Source: a virus. Taken from it: 45,672 nt of DNA. The notes beneath the pieces are model-generated. The model was not told the origin of the DNA. It worked only from the letters and a program-made list of their open reading frames with translations, and did no database searches. The stretch is from IMG/VR virus record IMGVR_UViG_3300001203_000001, positions 1 through 45,672 of that record. One strand, written 5' to 3'. A program made the position numbers and the translations under genes. Shown here piece after piece: positions 9,692 through 17,418 of this stretch (its first letter is position 1; each line of letters starts with the position of its first letter).

Positions 9692-9747
9692 GTCATGGTG
9701 TATTAAACATGATGCCTTGACGTTGTGCTGTCATGTCATGCGTCATG
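9692..9747 (+). repeat. cluster of four GTCATG motifs (iteron-like), plus a duplicated ACGTTGT
   Basis: GTCATG at 9692, 9730, 9735 and 9742. ACGTTGT at about 9720 and about 9753. Confidence 0.6.
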
Positions 9748-9933
9748 GTCTAACGTTGTTGATTGAGTGGTTGAAGTTTGTGGGTGTAATGCAATTCTAT
9801 TCGCATCGAATCACATCTAAGCCTATGAAATCACACCGTTAATTCCAAATTATAGTCATTGTGGATAAACGGAAAGAATAGAATATTATTCCTATATAAC
9901 CATAATAAAGCAAAACTATTCTACTGTATCGGG

Positions 9934-9962
9934 TTGCATACTTTGTATTGATTTGTTATATA
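9934..9962 (+). promoter_or_regulatory. sigma70 promoter for the rightward early arm
   Basis: GGG-TTGCAT (9934..9939), a 17-nt spacer ending in TGT (extended -10), then TATATA (9957..9962). Confidence 0.6.
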
Positions 9963-10148
9963 TCTTACATAGTCTTTTAGACCGATTTGCTACCTTATGG
10001 GGTATTTTGAGACATAAGACTTGTTTTAAGTAGCGCAGTGCGCCAAAGCTAAATAGCTTACCGTCAAGTAAATAACACTATAATTGTGTTTTGATTTGCT
10101 TGATTGTATGCTAGGGATAAACTCTAGTTTAACTTGAAAGGAATTAAC

Positions 10149-10742
10149 ATGAATAATTTTAAACCTCTTGCGGCTAGCTCCACTCAATCAATTGTTAAAC
10201 AAGCTCTAGACTCTCAAAAGTCTACAGTAACAATTGTTGGTCAAGCTATGGCCTTCTCTGTTGCACATGCTTTGTTACATGGTAACTGTAAATTCATTAA
10301 CGAATTATTTGAACAATCCCCACGTTACCAAAAAGACATACGCGAAATGATTGTTTCAATCAATAGCCATGTCATTGGCGACCAAAAGATTGAACCAGAA
10401 GCGGCTAATGTCTTTGGGCGTAGTACGGAAAAAGGTTTCTTTATTAAAGAAAAACGCCTTGACCAACGCCAATATTTTACAGGTGAAACACCAGTAACAA
10501 ACAAAGACGAACAAGCAATCCTCGACCTTGTGTCTCAATTCTGGTTGAAAACTAACGAAAATGCGGCTAAAGAAGAAAAGCCTAAGCCTAGCTCTGCAAA
10601 CTTTATTGTTGGCAAGCTTGAACGTGTAGCGAAAGATATTGCACGTAACTATGATTCAGATGACAAGCTAGCTGCAAGCATGGTGCAAGAATTAACAAAA
10701 ATAGCAGAGACCACAATGAAAGCTGCTGATTATAAAGCTTAA
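10149..10742 (+). CDS. hypothetical early protein
   Basis: ATG at 10149 with an AAAGGA RBS, preferred over the TTG at 10134. 197 aa, first gene of the rightward arm. Confidence 0.7.
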   Translation: MNNFKPLAASSTQSIVKQALDSQKSTVTIVGQAMAFSVAHALLHGNCKFINELFEQSPRYQKDIREMIVSINSHVIGDQKIEPEAANVFGRSTEKGFFIKEKRLDQRQYFTGETPVTNKDEQAILDLVSQFWLKTNENAAKEEKPKPSSANFIVGKLERVAKDIARNYDSDDKLAASMVQELTKIAETTMKAADYKA

Positions 10743-10753
10743 TCAACCAGGTT

Positions 10754-10780
10754 AGGGGATTAATTTCCCCTTCCTATCAT
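10754..10780 (+). terminator. weak hairpin / possible attenuator
   Basis: AGGGGA-ttaatt-TCCCCT followed by a tcctatcatt tail. Same hairpin design as the terminator at 521..550. Confidence 0.3.
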
Positions 10781-10805
10781 TATTCACTCAACTTGGAGAA
10801 ATCTA

Positions 10806-10940
10806 ATGTCAAAACGTTCTGAAAAAATGAAGTCACAACCAACCCATAACTTACCTTTGATTGCAAAATCGGGTAGTTTATCATCAGCGGCGGCTGAATA
10901 TGAGATAAAAAGACGCGAAGCTAAGGCTAAAACTAAATAA
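10806..10940 (+). CDS. small basic hypothetical protein (44 aa)
   Basis: ATG at 10806 preceded by a GGAGA RBS. The ORF is below the 60-aa track cutoff. Confidence 0.45.
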   Translation: MSKRSEKMKSQPTHNLPLIAKSGSLSSAAAEYEIKRREAKAKTK

Positions 10941-10976
10941 TTCCGATCTCAACAACCATTAATATAGGATAAGACA

Positions 10977-11348
10977 ATGGCAAAACGTGGAATGACCCCT
11001 TCAATGTATCAAGGCTTTACAAATGGCTTTAACGCGACTACAAATGGCGCGGGTATTGCTCATAATGCAGATTATTTTGCACCAGCACATACAAAACAAG
11101 CAAATGTAAACCGTATCAGACCTCATTTAATGCGACTAGGTAATGACCTACGCAAAGTAAATAAAAGTATTTATTTATTAAGAGGCAGGTTAAAGGCCGT
11201 TCGTTCTGTTTCTAAAAATAGACGTACATTGTCAGAACAATCTTATATTAACCAACTTGCAACCGAGTTAGAGATGTTACTAACTAGACAAGATAAGTTA
11301 AGAAACTTGCGAGACGATAAAATCGCCAAGCTTCAATACTTTAGTTAA
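10977..11348 (+). CDS. hypothetical early protein
   Basis: 123-aa ORF with a basic, coiled-coil-like C-terminal half, followed by a strong terminator. Confidence 0.65.
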   Translation: MAKRGMTPSMYQGFTNGFNATTNGAGIAHNADYFAPAHTKQANVNRIRPHLMRLGNDLRKVNKSIYLLRGRLKAVRSVSKNRRTLSEQSYINQLATELEMLLTRQDKLRNLRDDKIAKLQYFS

Positions 11349-11369
11349 TCTAAATTTCCTCCAAGAAAG

Positions 11370-11400
11370 CCTGCCAGATTCGTCTGGTGGGTTTTTTCTT
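11370..11400 (+). terminator. rho-independent terminator
   Basis: 9-bp stem CCTGCCAGA / TCTGGTGGG (two G-U pairs), TTCG loop, then TTTTTTCTT. Confidence 0.7.
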
Positions 11401-11474
11401 GTCAAAAAATACTTCCTATCATCAATCGGCTAGGGTGCTGGCCAAATAAAACCTTTACAAATTGGAGAAGAATA

Positions 11475-11672
11475 ATGGAATTTATATATTTGTTTATTTT
11501 TTCAGTAATTGCATGTGCTGGTATTTCCTTATTAATGTATTTAGTTATGAAAGCATGGACATGGATTGACGATAATGTCAAAGATAATAACTTAGTTATT
11601 GCTTTGTCTATGTTTATAGGTCTACTAGCTCATGTCAGTGTTATAGTTAGTATCGCTGTAGTAATAGCATGA
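11475..11672 (+). CDS. small membrane protein (two predicted TM helices)
   Basis: 65 aa, GGAGA RBS, hydrophobic segments at both ends. Confidence 0.6.
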   Translation: MEFIYLFIFSVIACAGISLLMYLVMKAWTWIDDNVKDNNLVIALSMFIGLLAHVSVIVSIAVVIA

Positions 11673-11708
11673 AGTATAATTTCGAAGAACATAAAAAAGG
11701 ATCTTAAA

Positions 11709-11885
11709 ATGAATACAATTGCTATACTTTTATTAGTTTTTTGTTTGATTTGCTTAATTGTTTTTGTGGTATTTGTTTGTAAAGTACTACTAATCTGGGA
11801 GCAAGAAGATCAAGACTATAGGGATGAACTAAAAAACTGGTCTCTTAGGTATGGAGAGAATTATGAAAATTCTGATAATAATTAG
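11709..11885 (+). CDS. small membrane protein (58 aa, one TM helix)
   Basis: ATG at 11709 with an AAGGA RBS. N-terminal IAILLLVFCLICLIVFVVFV, then an acidic tail. Below the track cutoff. Confidence 0.5.
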   Translation: MNTIAILLLVFCLICLIVFVVFVCKVLLIWEQEDQDYRDELKNWSLRYGENYENSDNN

Positions 11886-12297
11886 TTTTATTTTTGCCTT
11901 TTGTTGTATTTATTTAGGTGAAGTACTTGACTTTTACAATTACTACTGGTGGTGGGATATCGTTCTACACTTTTTCGGTGGTTGGATAATTGCAACTGCC
12001 CTCGGCTACTATGTTGTAAGAATTGTTACACTAACTCCTATCATAACATGGGTATTTATTGTGTCTGTATCAGTAAATAAGCTAGTGTTGTGGGAGGTTT
12101 TTGAGTATTATGTTGATACTACATTGAATATGACAATGACAAACTCATTTTCTTTACATGACACTATTAATGATCTGATTATTGGATACTTTGGTGCAAG
12201 TATAGGTAGTATTGCAGCGTTTAGGTATACCTCCGGTTATAGACTGGGGTATTTTTTAGAAGATTTAATCAAATTTAAGGAGATTAACCATGAATAG
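11863..12297 (+). CDS. multi-pass membrane protein
   Basis: The ATG at 11863 has a GGAGAG RBS; the ORF-track start at 11851 is also possible. About 4 hydrophobic helices. Confidence 0.65.
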   Translation: MKILIIISFIFAFCCIYLGEVLDFYNYYWWWDIVLHFFGGWIIATALGYYVVRIVTLTPIITWVFIVSVSVNKLVLWEVFEYYVDTTLNMTMTNSFSLHDTINDLIIGYFGASIGSIAAFRYTSGYRLGYFLEDLIKFKEINHE

Positions 12298-12637
12298 TCT
12301 AAGTATTTTAATTTATCTAGCGGATATACTACCTAATCTTAGCGTACTTTCTGTTATACTAGGGGTTGTACTATTTTTTATAGGGCTTGTGTGTTGTCTA
12401 GCCTTTGCAGATACAGAACCTGGATCAGAGAAAGATAACTATAGTAAGTGGTTGAAAACTAGTCTACTATCTTGGTTGACTTGCCTTCTTATTTTTGTCT
12501 TTACACCAGAAGAAAAAACTATATACCTTATCGCTGCGTCCGAAATCGCAGAAGAAGTAGTCATCAGCCCTCAAGGTCAGAGTGTTTTAAATAAGTTAGA
12601 TACAATTATGAAAGGCTCGCTGAATGATTCGAATTAA
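12290..12637 (+). CDS. membrane protein
   Basis: 115 aa, AAGGAG RBS, 2-3 hydrophobic helices. Confidence 0.65.
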   Translation: MNSLSILIYLADILPNLSVLSVILGVVLFFIGLVCCLAFADTEPGSEKDNYSKWLKTSLLSWLTCLLIFVFTPEEKTIYLIAASEIAEEVVISPQGQSVLNKLDTIMKGSLNDSN

Positions 12638-12779
12638 AAAAATCTTTACCCCTTTTATTATTCTTGGGGTTTGGGTACTAATCGCAGGGATTTACTCCCT
12701 ATCACATTCAAACAAAACAGCCTACGATACTTGTCTTAAACGGTATTCAAATGCTGTTTGTCAAAACACACTAAGGTAA
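12624..12779 (+). CDS. small membrane protein (51 aa)
   Basis: The ATG at 12624 overlaps the upstream 3' end. TM helix FIILGVWVLIAGIY. Below the track cutoff. Confidence 0.45.
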   Translation: MIRIKKIFTPFIILGVWVLIAGIYSLSHSNKTAYDTCLKRYSNAVCQNTLR

Positions 12780-12784
12780 TTAAA

Positions 12785-13249
12785 ATGAAAACAGACTTTA
12801 AAATCACACCACATGGTGGTGGATGCTGTGGGATACTACATATCTCAAACTTCAATGTATTTTCAAATAGTATTTCTTTGGATGAAAAGAAAGAAGCTAT
12901 ACAAAAAGTCATAAATGAAATAGCTGATCTATCAGAGCGTCCTTATTTAGGGAATGGGGATTTTGAATACCCAAGCTTTGAGTATATGTCAGGTGTAGGG
13001 GGGTGTATAGACGCGTTTTATGAGGCTGGTTGCCCTTCCGTATGTAAGGAAGACCACATCCCATCCGATGTTAGAGTCCCACCACTATTAGAAGTAACAC
13101 TGACGTTAGGTCAGTACTATGACTACTGGTGTGATGCCTTGAAAGGTTGTGGATTTAAAGAAGTAAATCGCTTCCGAAATCCTCACTCAGGTAATCATAT
13201 TGTAGTGTTCCATTACATCGATTCTGTATATTGTAACTCACCATCTTAA
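12785..13249 (+). CDS. hypothetical Cys-rich protein
   Basis: The ATG at 12785 is preferred over the TTG at 12758. Contains a GGGCCGILH motif and 8+ Cys. No family recognised. Confidence 0.6.
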   Translation: MKTDFKITPHGGGCCGILHISNFNVFSNSISLDEKKEAIQKVINEIADLSERPYLGNGDFEYPSFEYMSGVGGCIDAFYEAGCPSVCKEDHIPSDVRVPPLLEVTLTLGQYYDYWCDALKGCGFKEVNRFRNPHSGNHIVVFHYIDSVYCNSPS

Positions 13250-13259
13250 GGAGATCATA

Positions 13260-13685
13260 TTGACAAAATTAGTATTCGTGTACGGCACGTTAAAATCAAA
13301 TTTCTCAGGAAAGCATTACTTTAAAACTAATCCTATCATTGGCAAGACAAAAGCTGACTACGTGGTGTTTGGTAAAGGTTTTCCTAAAGCATTGAAGACT
13401 GAAGATTATTTCAACCGAAAAAACCCACTAACAAATCCTCAAATCGGTAAATTACGTGGTGAAATCTACTCTGCTGGTGAGACAACTCTACAGCAATTAG
13501 ATCGATACGAAGGTTATCCATCTTTCTATTCTCGAGAAGAAATTGAAGTGGAAACACCAGACGGTATTGTCAAAGCTTTGATGTACCACGCTAACGAAGC
13601 TGCTGATGTAGATTTAAGTCAACAAACTTATGTTGAAGTCGATGCTGATGGTGACCTTCTGTGGCCTGAACAACTGGCTGGTTAA
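13260..13685 (+). CDS. gamma-glutamyl cyclotransferase-like (AIG2/GGACT family) protein
   Basis: TTG start with an AAGGAG RBS. Hallmark motifs VFVYGTLKS near the N-terminus and LDRYEGYPSFYSREEI. Confidence 0.75.
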   Translation: MTKLVFVYGTLKSNFSGKHYFKTNPIIGKTKADYVVFGKGFPKALKTEDYFNRKNPLTNPQIGKLRGEIYSAGETTLQQLDRYEGYPSFYSREEIEVETPDGIVKALMYHANEAADVDLSQQTYVEVDADGDLLWPEQLAG

Positions 13686-13722
13686 TACCGGTTTAATTTT
13701 ATTTATTATAAGGAGTCCATAT

Positions 13723-15054
13723 ATGTGTGGATTATTTGGAATGGTATCAAATGCCGCTCTATCAGCTAGTGAGCGAGAGGTATTTAGTACTGGATTAATG
13801 CTTAATGTAACTCGTGGGGAAGACTCCACAGGTGTTATACGGGACATGGGGGGTCGTATCGAAGTAGACAAGTCTGCTTGTCCTTCCCCTTATTATGTCT
13901 ATACACAATCTGGGTCAGACTTTATTTCTGGTTCAGATACTATTGATCGTGTAGGTAATGTTGTGTCTAAAGACAAGGGGTACTTCCTTTTAGGTCACAC
14001 ACGTTCGGCTACTATCGGTAGTGTAACTGAAAACAACGCCCACCCGTTTTCGTTTAAGAATGTTGTGGGAATGCATAACGGTACTATTAAAAATAATTTT
14101 ATAGGGTCTAGTAAATTCGGGACAGACTCCGAAGCTTTATATAAATTAATTTCTGATATGGGAGTACATAATGCTCTTAAAGAAGTTACTAATGGTATCG
14201 ATGGGGCAGCTTATGCTTTAACTTTCTTTGACCGAACTGATGGGTCTTTGAAAATTATTCGTAATACAAAAAGACCCTTGTGGTTTGCTTATATGACGAA
14301 CGGAACAACTTTAGTTTGGTCTTCTGAGAAAAAACATCTTTTTGATGCTATTAAAGGGTACAGCAGGAATCCTATCACTGAACTAAAGAAAGAAGATATT
14401 GACTCCGACCACTTTGAGTTTGATGAAACTCTTAATATGTTCTCTCCTAAACCTAACAGATTGATTACTATTAGTAAGGACAGTAACGTCTCTGACTTTA
14501 CCGTAGAACATTTAGTGGGATTACCAGCGGATGGTGGTGAAATATTGGGTTACACAGCCTACGGCTACGGTCATGGGAATACCTATCATCATAAGGCTGC
14601 TTCTACTGCAAAAAAGCAGGTAACGTCAAGCCAGACATCTCTTCCTCAAGGGAGTCTAAAAGATATTCGGGAATTCGAAAGCTACTTGGACTTGACGTAT
14701 AGAAATCTTAAGCAGCTACATAAGAAAAGATTGAACCGACTACCTTGGTTACATGAAGCTAAGGGGGCAGAGGTTGTACCTTTTGTAAAAAAGCCTAGAG
14801 TAGAGGTTATAGAAGAGTCTCAAGTCTCTTTTGTAGGTTCTACAAATATAAAATATCCCGGCCCTAACAACGCTTTAATTGATTACGATGGGATAAAAAA
14901 AGAATTAGCGGATGGTTGTGCTTGTTGTACTAGACAATTATTCGCTGATACAATGAGACCTGATGCCTTGAGTCAAATAAAATGGCTTTCAGGTGGTGGA
15001 TTTGTATGTCAACCGTGTGTTAATGAAAACCCAAGTTTATACTTTATGAATTAG
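13723..15054 (+). CDS. class-II (Ntn) glutamine amidotransferase domain protein with a C-terminal Cys-cluster extension
   Basis: The ATG at 13723 (AAGGAG RBS) gives MCGLFGMVS, with the Cys2 nucleophile. Further motifs: RGEDSTG, GHTRSATIG, NAHPF, MHNGTIKN, GTDSEA. The C-terminus carries CACC..CQPC. Confidence 0.85.
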   Translation: MCGLFGMVSNAALSASEREVFSTGLMLNVTRGEDSTGVIRDMGGRIEVDKSACPSPYYVYTQSGSDFISGSDTIDRVGNVVSKDKGYFLLGHTRSATIGSVTENNAHPFSFKNVVGMHNGTIKNNFIGSSKFGTDSEALYKLISDMGVHNALKEVTNGIDGAAYALTFFDRTDGSLKIIRNTKRPLWFAYMTNGTTLVWSSEKKHLFDAIKGYSRNPITELKKEDIDSDHFEFDETLNMFSPKPNRLITISKDSNVSDFTVEHLVGLPADGGEILGYTAYGYGHGNTYHHKAASTAKKQVTSSQTSLPQGSLKDIREFESYLDLTYRNLKQLHKKRLNRLPWLHEAKGAEVVPFVKKPRVEVIEESQVSFVGSTNIKYPGPNNALIDYDGIKKELADGCACCTRQLFADTMRPDALSQIKWLSGGGFVCQPCVNENPSLYFMN

Positions 15055-15062
15055 GAGATATT

Positions 15063-15893
15063 ATGTCTAATAAAACATTTGATAATTTAAAAGATGCTAT
15101 CGCACATACAAAAGATGTGATGTATCAAACTATGGGAACTCGTAGAAGTTTTGGTGTGGTATGTGAATTAGATGGAGTATTCCAGTCTATGTTTGCTTAC
15201 AATCAACCTTGTTGGGGAGGCATTCGTAAATATGCCTCTGATTCAAATAATTGTACTAGACCGGATGATGAAAAACCTTCCGATTTAGACTATAAATTCC
15301 CTGAGGGAAGCCCTATGTTCTTGTTAGTTGGTAGTACCGACGGTAGTTTACCAGAAGAACACGAGAAATCACAGGAGGTTTTAGACTTATTATTCTCAAA
15401 AGATTCTCCTTGGAAATCTGGGTTTGATCCTGATACAACTGTATATACACGTAAGAATAAACGATTGTTTATTGAGTTTAATAATACAGACATAGACCCA
15501 ACAACCATGATTAATTTTATTAATACAGTTTTCTCTGGGTTGAGTGTTACACACTACAGTTACTATCGAAACCTAGGTTTAACACCTATTAAATCAGTTA
15601 TGTTGACTTGCTACTTAGGCTCTTGTCATTTTGACCTTGAGTATGGTGGAAAACCTTTTAGCTACCAAAATCAATACTATTACGGTAGAACTTTTGGGAT
15701 GAAGGAGTTCTTGGAAGGTAAGCCAACCTCTAAGAAAGAGAGTTTTAAACAAGGGGTTGACTATAATCGAGTAGGTCTTGCTGATATTTTCTCCAAGTCA
15801 GATGGTATTAACCTTGTAAAACACATGAACAAAACCGTTAAACAACCAAGTGATATTGAAACTGAGCTTGACAAAGTATTGAAGGGAATTTAG
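15063..15893 (+). CDS. hypothetical protein (no recognisable family) inside the ligase operon
   Basis: 276 aa, AGGAG RBS. The stop abuts the next start (TAGATG). Confidence 0.7.
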   Translation: MSNKTFDNLKDAIAHTKDVMYQTMGTRRSFGVVCELDGVFQSMFAYNQPCWGGIRKYASDSNNCTRPDDEKPSDLDYKFPEGSPMFLLVGSTDGSLPEEHEKSQEVLDLLFSKDSPWKSGFDPDTTVYTRKNKRLFIEFNNTDIDPTTMINFINTVFSGLSVTHYSYYRNLGLTPIKSVMLTCYLGSCHFDLEYGGKPFSYQNQYYYGRTFGMKEFLEGKPTSKKESFKQGVDYNRVGLADIFSKSDGINLVKHMNKTVKQPSDIETELDKVLKGI

Positions 15894-16772
15894 ATGTTAG
15901 AAGGTATGAAAAGAAAAAATTTAATCGGGGCTGACCCTGAATTATTTGTGAGAAACTCTGGTCATAAATTTGTATCCGCACACGATTTGATTCCGGGTAC
16001 AAAAGCAAAACCTTTTAGAGTCAATGGAGGGGCTATACAGGTAGACGGAGTAGCCGCTGAATTTAACATTGATCCTGCGGATAGAGAAGACGATTTTGTA
16101 GAGAATATGACTTCTGTATTAGAGGAATTGGATAATCACATTAAAAAAGATCACCCTTCCTATCATTTACAAGTATCCCCAGTGGCTTCTTTTCCTAAGA
16201 AATATTTTAACGCTCTTCCAGAAGAAGCTAAGGAATTGGGTTGTGAAGCTGACTTGAACGCTTGGTCAGGAAAAAGAAACCCGACACCATCCACTAAAAA
16301 ACCTATTCGTACTGGTGGTGGACACATTCATATTGGTTGGACTGACGATGAAGATATCACAGACGCTGCTCATGTAAATGATTGTGTCCAAGTCGTTAAA
16401 CAACTTGATTCGATTCTTTATCCTCTGTCTATGCTATGGGACGAAAATAGCGAAAGACGGAGTTTATATGGGATTATGGGGTCTTACCGAGTGAAAGAGT
16501 ATGGAGTCGAGTATCGACCTTTATCAAATGCTTGGGTCGCTGACCCAGACCTGTATAGATGGTTGTTCCGAACTATTCAAGAAGCAATGGAGCACTTGGA
16601 TAATGATCTACGTATCTACCACGACAAAGACACTAAGAATATTCTGGAGTGGTGTCGAGGTAATTCTCATAAGAATTTAAAGAGAAATACAATACTTGCA
16701 CACTATAAATTCTTAGTGAATGAGTTAGAGCTTCCTCTACTCCCTTCTTATTATATTAACCCAAGTCAATAG
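15894..16772 (+). CDS. COOH-NH2 (carboxylate-amine) ligase, phiEco32-like type 2 amidoligase
   Basis: Motifs IGADPELFV, VDGVAAEFNIDPA, GGGHIHIGW and YGVEYRPLSNAWV match my recollection of the phage GCS-superfamily ligase family (Pfam COOH-NH2_lig). Confidence 0.65.
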   Translation: MLEGMKRKNLIGADPELFVRNSGHKFVSAHDLIPGTKAKPFRVNGGAIQVDGVAAEFNIDPADREDDFVENMTSVLEELDNHIKKDHPSYHLQVSPVASFPKKYFNALPEEAKELGCEADLNAWSGKRNPTPSTKKPIRTGGGHIHIGWTDDEDITDAAHVNDCVQVVKQLDSILYPLSMLWDENSERRSLYGIMGSYRVKEYGVEYRPLSNAWVADPDLYRWLFRTIQEAMEHLDNDLRIYHDKDTKNILEWCRGNSHKNLKRNTILAHYKFLVNELELPLLPSYYINPSQ

Positions 16773-16779
16773 GTGAATA

Positions 16780-17418
16780 ATGCTATCTGTAAACACACGT
16801 TACGACCATCCAGATGACGCTATTATGCGATTAAGTAAGACATTCGTTAAGAATGAGGGTAGATTTGGGTATATTAGAGGTCGCAGAGAAGATTTTGATT
16901 TTTTACTACAGTACCCTGGTGGTACAGAAGTCTTAATCGATGTTAACTCTGAAGAAGTTGATATTAGCTCTCCTAAATTGGGTTTTATAAACTCTAATGG
17001 TCGAGCTTATTACCCAACTCTCACCCCAGTCAGAAAACAAAGACAGGGTGTCTGCTTAGATTACTTAATGTTACACGACACGTTAGGTACAAACTGGCAT
17101 TATGAGAAGTTATTCGAGGCAAACTATATTGAAACTGTATGTCTTATGCTTGAAAATACCTATCCTTCTTTAGAACAAGCTCTACAAATAGTATCTAAGA
17201 CTAAAGTAACTAAGATTAGTAGGCATAAATCGTGTGCCTTTTCTAGGAATTTAGCAGTTACTAACATCGGTCCAAACAAGGGGGAGTTCCTTCTCAACTT
17301 TAGAAGCCTACCTTGTGGGATTATACAAGACCAAAAAATTAGTTTGTTTGATAACCTATCTAGGATAACAAAAAACTCCCTGCTAAAACACCTAAACCAA
17401 GGAGGTTTTAATGCCTGA
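16780..17418 (+). CDS. hypothetical protein (no recognisable family) inside the ligase operon
   Basis: 212 aa. It overlaps the next gene by 8 nt. Confidence 0.7.
   Translation: MLSVNTRYDHPDDAIMRLSKTFVKNEGRFGYIRGRREDFDFLLQYPGGTEVLIDVNSEEVDISSPKLGFINSNGRAYYPTLTPVRKQRQGVCLDYLMLHDTLGTNWHYEKLFEANYIETVCLMLENTYPSLEQALQIVSKTKVTKISRHKSCAFSRNLAVTNIGPNKGEFLLNFRSLPCGIIQDQKISLFDNLSRITKNSLLKHLNQGGFNA

Noticed and set aside
9446-9842. ORFs 9446..9649(+) and 9621..9842(+) in the control region
   Set aside because: They have no Shine-Dalgarno sequence. They run across the leftward promoter, the C-tract and the iteron-like repeats, and their Cys/Leu-rich translations are implausible. They are treated as non-coding.
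13630-13722. Upstream in-frame extension of the amidotransferase ORF (track start 13630)
   Set aside because: It overlaps the GGCT-like gene by 56 nt and lacks an RBS. It would also bury the obligatory N-terminal Cys. The ATG at 13723 has an AAGGAG RBS and yields MCG...
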